Source: a virus
Taxonomy: Duplodnaviria > Heunggongvirae > Uroviricota > Caudoviricetes
IMG/VR virus record: IMGVR_UViG_2690316321_000005
Strand: one strand, 5' to 3'
Length of the DNA: 18,942 nucleotides
Shown here in pieces: positions 15,203-18,942 of the stretch. Both the position numbers and the translations under genes were made by a program. The notes beneath the pieces were generated by a model, which made no database searches, had not been told where the DNA came from, and was given only the letters and a program-made list of their open reading frames with translations. The stretch's first letter is position 1; each line of letters starts with the position of its first letter.

Positions 15203-15919
15203 ATGAAGGATGGTGCACTGCTCAGGAGTTCTTCACTTTTTATTGCCTACATGGGATGCCTTGGATGGGGGAGTGCTTATTTCTATGGATGGGGTACTTC
15301 TTTTTACTACGGCTTCCCATGGTGGATTGTAGGTGCAGGTGTTGATGATGTTGCCAGAAGTTTATTTTTTGCAGTTATCGTCATTGCTATATTTCTTATC
15401 GGTTGGGGTATTGGTGTTGTATTCTTTTTCGCAGTGAAAAGAAAACATTCTATGCAAGAGCTAAATGTATTTCGCCTTTATTTTGCTGTGGAATTATTGT
15501 TTGTGCCGGCAATTATTGAGTTTTCTATATTGAGACAGAAGATTCAGGTACCTCTTTTGCTACTGTCAGCAGCGATTGCGCTGGCGGTTACAATTTCGAT
15601 AAGATCTTATGGGCGATTTTTATCGGTATCATGCTTCTATGATAAGCCATTTATAAAAAAACATTTTTTTGAGATTGTGATGATTGCTTTTGTGGCATAT
15701 TTCTGGCTTTTTTCATTTCTGACAGGATATTACAAACCGCAGTTTAAGAAAGAATATGAAATGATTAATTATAATGATGGTTGGTATTATGTTCTTGCTC
15801 GTTATGATAATTGTCTGGTTTTGTCTACTTCTTTCAATGCAGGTAGTAAAAGGTTTGTCATTTATCAATCAGCACAAGATAAGAATCTTCAGGTTGATAT
15901 TGTAAGGACCAGAATTTAA
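15203..15919 (+). CDS. Hypothetical multi-pass inner-membrane protein (about 238 aa), AT-rich moron between Q and the lysis cassette
   Basis: The track ORF starts at 15161; ATG at 15203 is preferred because it has a G-rich SD (GGGGTGG) and lies downstream of a candidate extended -10 (TGtTATCAT, 15177-15185). The product has several long hydrophobic segments and aromatic-rich loops (GWGSAYFYGWGTSFYYGFPWWIV). Composition is clearly more AT-rich than Q or the lysis genes. Confidence 0.65.
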   Translation: MKDGALLRSSSLFIAYMGCLGWGSAYFYGWGTSFYYGFPWWIVGAGVDDVARSLFFAVIVIAIFLIGWGIGVVFFFAVKRKHSMQELNVFRLYFAVELLFVPAIIEFSILRQKIQVPLLLLSAAIALAVTISIRSYGRFLSVSCFYDKPFIKKHFFEIVMIAFVAYFWLFSFLTGYYKPQFKKEYEMINYNDGWYYVLARYDNCLVLSTSFNAGSKRFVIYQSAQDKNLQVDIVRTRI

Positions 15920-16349
15920 TTGGCTGCATAAATAATATTTTAAGTTGCAAGTTGGCTATTCGTAGGAATAGAACCTTAGGCATGCTGAATGCGTTTTCTG
16001 AACATTGTTTTATAAACTGTGTCTGCTTGCTGTTGTGATCCTGCTTTTAGTGATGGTGATGATGGATTTCACCAGCAGGATAATGTTGGTACTGACTGAT
16101 GGCGCTCTGGTCTGCGGCATTGTGGTATTGCTGTGGCCGATGATGAAAAAACAGAATGAATAATCCTTGACTTTTTTGTTTACTGTTTATTAAAAAATCA
16201 ACCGCATGGTGAATCCTCCTTGGAGGGGCTAAATGATCGAGTTTTAAGGGCACGTAGCGAGTTCTGTTTGATCATTGCAGAACTTAGCGGGAGGCGCCAT
16301 GCGTACATCACTAATGTTATTTCCTTCTATCATTTTCCTTGTGAGTTCT

Positions 16350-16377
16350 GGCTGCGCATGGCGCGGCCTTTTTTTTA
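16350..16377 (+). terminator. Intrinsic terminator in the Q-to-holin intergenic block
   Basis: GGCTGCGC-atg-GCGCGGCC (8-bp stem with one G-U pair) followed by T8. Confidence 0.55.
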
Positions 16378-16554
16378 TGACCTGCCACTGGCAGATGGTC
16401 ATCCTGTGATTTGATTCCGGTTCCGGCTTTTTAACTCTGTTCCTGTACACGGGAGAAATTCTATGTCGATTAATCGTTATGATATTGGTTACAAGAAGTA
16501 CCACGTATTGTGTTGAGATAGAAAGCCTGGTGCCAGAGGTAAATGCAGCAGCAT

Positions 16555-16605
16555 AATAAAAAAGAGCCAGCGCAGAAGAGAACGGGTAAAAGAGTCTGCG
16601 CTGGC
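16555..16605 (-). terminator. Intrinsic terminator oriented for leftward (minus-strand) transcription
   Basis: Perfect 11-bp stem GCCAGCGCAGA / TCTGCGCTGGC (16566-16576 and 16595-16605) with an 18-nt loop; the minus-strand transcript continues with UCUUUUUUAUU. No U-run follows on the plus strand. Confidence 0.5.
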
Positions 16606-16784
16606 GTGGGGATATTCCCCGTGGAGAAATGATATGTAACACACATCGGGAACCTTTCTATATAAACATTATCATTATTGTCAATCATAACAGTCAGGTA
16701 TTATGACGTTTATGCATCAGGGCCATCAGGAATTAACTGGTGGCTTTTTATTGTTGTCAGCTTCCGGATAACGGGAGACGGGGT

Positions 16785-17000
16785 ATGTACCAGATGGAAA
16801 AAATCACAACAGGTGTGTCATACACCACGTCAGCGGTGGGGACGGGATACTGGCTACTGCAGTTGCTGGACAAAGTCTCCCCATCCCAGTGGGTGGCAAT
16901 AGGCGTATTGGGTAGCCTGGTGTTTGGCTTGCTGACGTATCTGACAAACCTTTATTTCAAGATTAAAGAAGATAAGCGTAAGGCTGCGAGAGGTGAATAA
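16785..17000 (+). CDS. S: Class II holin / pinholin (phage 21 S-like) with dual-start motif
   Basis: Start at ATG 16785, internal to the track ORF, with GGGAGACGGGG SD. Product [71 protein letters not shown] (71 aa) has two TM segments and a charged C-terminus. Second start codon at 16794 (MEK..., 68 aa) gives the antiholin/holin pair. Confidence 0.85.
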   Translation: MYQMEKITTGVSYTTSAVGTGYWLLQLLDKVSPSQWVAIGVLGSLVFGLLTYLTNLYFKIKEDKRKAARGE

Positions 17001-17497
17001 TGTCGCCATCATTACGCAAGGCTGTTGCTGCTGCTATTGGTGGTGGGGCTGTTGCCATAGCGTCTGTGCTCATCACTGGTCCGAGTGGTGACGATGGCCT
17101 GGAAGGTGTCAGCTACATACCATACGAAGATATCGTTGGCGTATGGACTGTATGTCACGGACACACCGGAAAAGACATCATTCCCGGTAAAACGTATACC
17201 GAAGCAGAATGCAAAGCCCTCCTGAATAAAGACCTTGCCATGGTCGCCAGACAAATTAACCCGTACATCAAAGTCGATATACCGGAAACAACGCGCGGCG
17301 CTCTTTACTCGTTCGTTTACAACGTGGGCGCTGGTAATTTCAGAACATCGACGCTTCTTCGCAAAATAAACCAGGGTGATATCAAAGGCGCATGTGACCA
17401 GCTACGTCGCTGGACATACGCTGGCGGTAAGCAATGGAAAGGGCTGATGACCCGTCGTGATATTGAGCGTGAAGTCTGTTTGTGGGGGCAGCAATGA
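17000..17497 (+). CDS. R: SAR endolysin (T4-lysozyme-like muramidase, phage 21 R-like)
   Basis: 165-aa ORF with N-terminal signal-anchor-release segment [18 protein letters not shown] and lysozyme core (...[15 protein letters not shown]..., ...[27 protein letters not shown]...). Start overlaps the holin stop. Confidence 0.9.
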   Translation: MSPSLRKAVAAAIGGGAVAIASVLITGPSGDDGLEGVSYIPYEDIVGVWTVCHGHTGKDIIPGKTYTEAECKALLNKDLAMVARQINPYIKVDIPETTRGALYSFVYNVGAGNFRTSTLLRKINQGDIKGACDQLRRWTYAGGKQWKGLMTRRDIEREVCLWGQQ

Positions 17498-17961
17498 GCA
17501 GGGTAACCGCGATTATCTCCGCTCTGGTTATTTGCATCATCCTCTGCCTGTCATGGGCTGTTAATCATTACCGTGATAACGCCATCGCCTACAAAGAGCA
17601 GCGTGATAAAAAAGTCAGTGAGCTGAAGCAGGCGACCGCCACCATTACTGACATGCAGCAACGCCAGCGTGCTGCTGATGTACTCGATGCTAAATACACG
17701 AAGGAGTTAGCCAATGCGAAAGCTGAAAATGATGCTCTTCGGCGTAAGCTTGATAATGGTGGTCGGGTGCTCGTCAAAGGAAAATGCCCTGTGCCAGCCT
17801 CAGCCAAAACCTCCAGCTCCTCCGGCATGGGCAATGATGCCACCGTCGAACTCTCTTCAGTTGCTGGACGAAACGTTCTCGGTATCCGGGACGGAATTAT
17901 CCGTGACCAAACAGCACTGAGAACGCTTCAGGAGTACATCAGGACGCAATGCCTGAAATAA
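17494..17961 (+). CDS. Rz: i-spanin Rz
   Basis: Start ATG 17494 overlaps the endolysin stop (ATGA). Product [40 protein letters not shown]...[22 protein letters not shown]... closely parallels lambda Rz. Confidence 0.85.
   Translation: MSRVTAIISALVICIILCLSWAVNHYRDNAIAYKEQRDKKVSELKQATATITDMQQRQRAADVLDAKYTKELANAKAENDALRRKLDNGGRVLVKGKCPVPASAKTSSSSGMGNDATVELSSVAGRNVLGIRDGIIRDQTALRTLQEYIRTQCLK
17714..17920 (+). CDS. Rz1: o-spanin Rz1 (outer-membrane lipoprotein embedded in the +1 frame of Rz)
   Basis: ATG 17714 with AAGGAG 7 nt upstream; product [44 protein letters not shown]... with a signal peptide, lipobox-like VVGC and proline-rich mature part, as in lambda Rz1. Confidence 0.75.
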   Translation: MRKLKMMLFGVSLIMVVGCSSKENALCQPQPKPPAPPAWAMMPPSNSLQLLDETFSVSGTELSVTKQH

Positions 17962-17993
17962 TTTTTTTGCAAATCACAAAGTCAATTTAATGA

Positions 17994-18016
17994 GCCTCGC
18001 GATGCGGGGCTTTTTT
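17994..18016 (+). terminator. Intrinsic terminator after the lysis cassette
   Basis: GCCTCGC-gat-GCGGGGC (one G-U pair) followed by TTTTTT. Confidence 0.55.
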
Positions 18017-18159
18017 ATGTCCGCAGTAAACGCGCATCTCACGCGCATATTAACGAGAGTCTTTCAGTAAGCGAGCCTGAGAAATGCCGTTATAGGTGGC
18101 GACCTCTCTCGGGCGGCTTTTCTGTGAGACAGGCTCACTTTCTAAAAGGTAAAGACGCT

Positions 18160-18684
18160 ATGAATAATCATTCAGTTATTCCAGCCTTCGACTTCCGAGA
18201 AATGGTGCAAGCCAAAAACGGAGAGGTCGTTACCACATCCAGAAAAATTGCCAAGTACTTCGGCAAGCGACACGGTGATGTTCTCAGGAAAATCGAGCAG
18301 GTTAAGGCTGATTGCTCGCGTGAGTTTAGCCAACGCAATTTTGCGTCGGCTGATTATATCGATGAGCAGGGCAAGGTTCGCCCGATGTACAGCCTGACGA
18401 AAGATGGCTGGATCATGGTTGTGATGGGGTTCACCGGGAAAGCTGCTGCGGCAATCAAGGAGAGCTATATCGCAGCATTCAACTGGATGGCAGAGCAACT
18501 GAGCCGCCGCATGGCAATTGGCGAAGAAATGCAGCACCGCTACGCCATCAAAGAAACACGCTCAAAGCTGAAAGGTACGATCGGCAGTCGGTTAATGAAC
18601 GAACGGAAGAAAGAGAAGCGTGTCCTGGCTGTCGAGCATGAATACATTTTGCAGGTGACACAGCCTGAACTGCTGATTAATTGA
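18160..18684 (+). CDS. rha: Rha-family phage regulatory protein (antirepressor-like)
   Basis: First ATG at 18160; the track ORF begins at an upstream GTG. Product MNNHSVIPAFDFREMVQAKNGEVVTTSRKIAKYFGKRHGDVLRKIEQVKADCSREFSQRNFASADYIDEQGKVRPMYSLTKDGWIMVVMGFTGKAAAAIKESYIAAFNWM..., the signature of the Rha N-terminal domain. Confidence 0.75.
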   Translation: MNNHSVIPAFDFREMVQAKNGEVVTTSRKIAKYFGKRHGDVLRKIEQVKADCSREFSQRNFASADYIDEQGKVRPMYSLTKDGWIMVVMGFTGKAAAAIKESYIAAFNWMAEQLSRRMAIGEEMQHRYAIKETRSKLKGTIGSRLMNERKKEKRVLAVEHEYILQVTQPELLIN

Positions 18685-18765
18685 AGATGTCATTACAAAG
18701 CCTATCTACGGGTGGGCTTGATAATGGCTTATACCCTGCACGGGATAACTTAACTGATATCCCTT

Positions 18766-18942
18766 TTAACGGATAAAGGTATTCAAGCCTGACACATCAT
18801 GCGCTGTATCGTCGCCGTATTCCCGCATTAACCATGATCGTAGCCCGACGGGGAATTCCTTCTGCGTGAGTGTGCGGGAATAATCAAAAACGATGCACAC
18901 CGGGTTTTTACCGCGTTTATGATTCGTGGGTTTGTCCCTCAT
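18766..18942 (-). CDS. Hypothetical ORF at the window edge (58 codons seen; may extend beyond the window)
   Basis: Minus-strand ORF reading MRDKPTNHKRGKNPVCIVFDYSRTLTQKEFPVGLRSWLMREYGDDTAHDVSGLNTFIR-stop. The ATG sits at the last three bases of the window, so the true start cannot be determined. Confidence 0.25.
   Translation of the reverse strand: MRDKPTNHKRGKNPVCIVFDYSRTLTQKEFPVGLRSWLMREYGDDTAHDVSGLNTFIR

Noticed and set aside
14924-16784. Possible tRNA genes between Q and the holin (as in some Stx phages)
   Set aside because: Scanned by eye for T-loop-like GTTCGAATC/GTTCAAATC motifs and cloverleaf-sized GC-rich segments; none seen. A tRNAscan run would be needed for certainty.
16047-16902. 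Track ORFs 16047..16253 (-), 16220..16414 (+), 16244..16642 (-), 16470..16688 (-), 16678..16902 (+)
   Set aside because: They read through strong terminator hairpins or are the reverse of poly-His/Met codon runs (the HHHHH tail), and lack SDs; the holin start at 16785 is internal to 16740..17000. The region is treated as largely non-coding with possible small ORFs or RNAs (see findings).
17012-18537. Minus-strand ORFs 17012..17254, 17589..17843, 18172..18537
   Set aside because: Antisense to the endolysin, Rz/Rz1 and rha genes.
1-18942. CRISPR arrays, IS elements, attP/attL core
   Set aside because: No regularly spaced direct repeats or transposase genes were seen. The int gene ends at base 1, so the attachment site and prophage boundary lie outside the window to the left.

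Overview
This window is most of a mosaic lambdoid prophage, read from the integration module through the lysis cassette. Calls rest on reading the ORF translations and the DNA by eye and on recall of phage protein families; no searches were run. Minus strand, left to right: lambda-type int and xis, ea8.5, three unknown early-left genes, ssb, an apparently disrupted Rad52-like annealase, kil, cIII, an AT-rich accessory gene bracketed by terminators, a leftover N 3' fragment, a 114-aa gene coupled to N, a phage-21-like N with nutL, and pL/oL. Centre: P22-type immunity region (c2 repressor, OR, cro, nutR, cII-like c1). Plus strand, rightward: O-like initiator with internal iteron origin, DnaB-family helicase, a nin region (ninB, phage Dam methylase, ninE, ninF, DUF1364/YbcO-like, rusA, ninH), lambda-type Q and pR', then an AT-rich multi-pass membrane-protein moron, a structured intergenic block, and a phage-21-type lysis cassette (dual-start pinholin, SAR endolysin, Rz/Rz1), followed by rha. 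The best candidates for undescribed accessory functions are the Q-to-holin membrane-protein moron with its adjacent small hydrophobic ORFs and terminators (15.1-16.8 kb), and the AT-rich gene at the sieB/ral/rex-equivalent position of the pL operon (5.57-6.68 kb), which carries an N-gene remnant marking a recombination junction. No tRNA, rRNA, CRISPR array or IS element was recognised.
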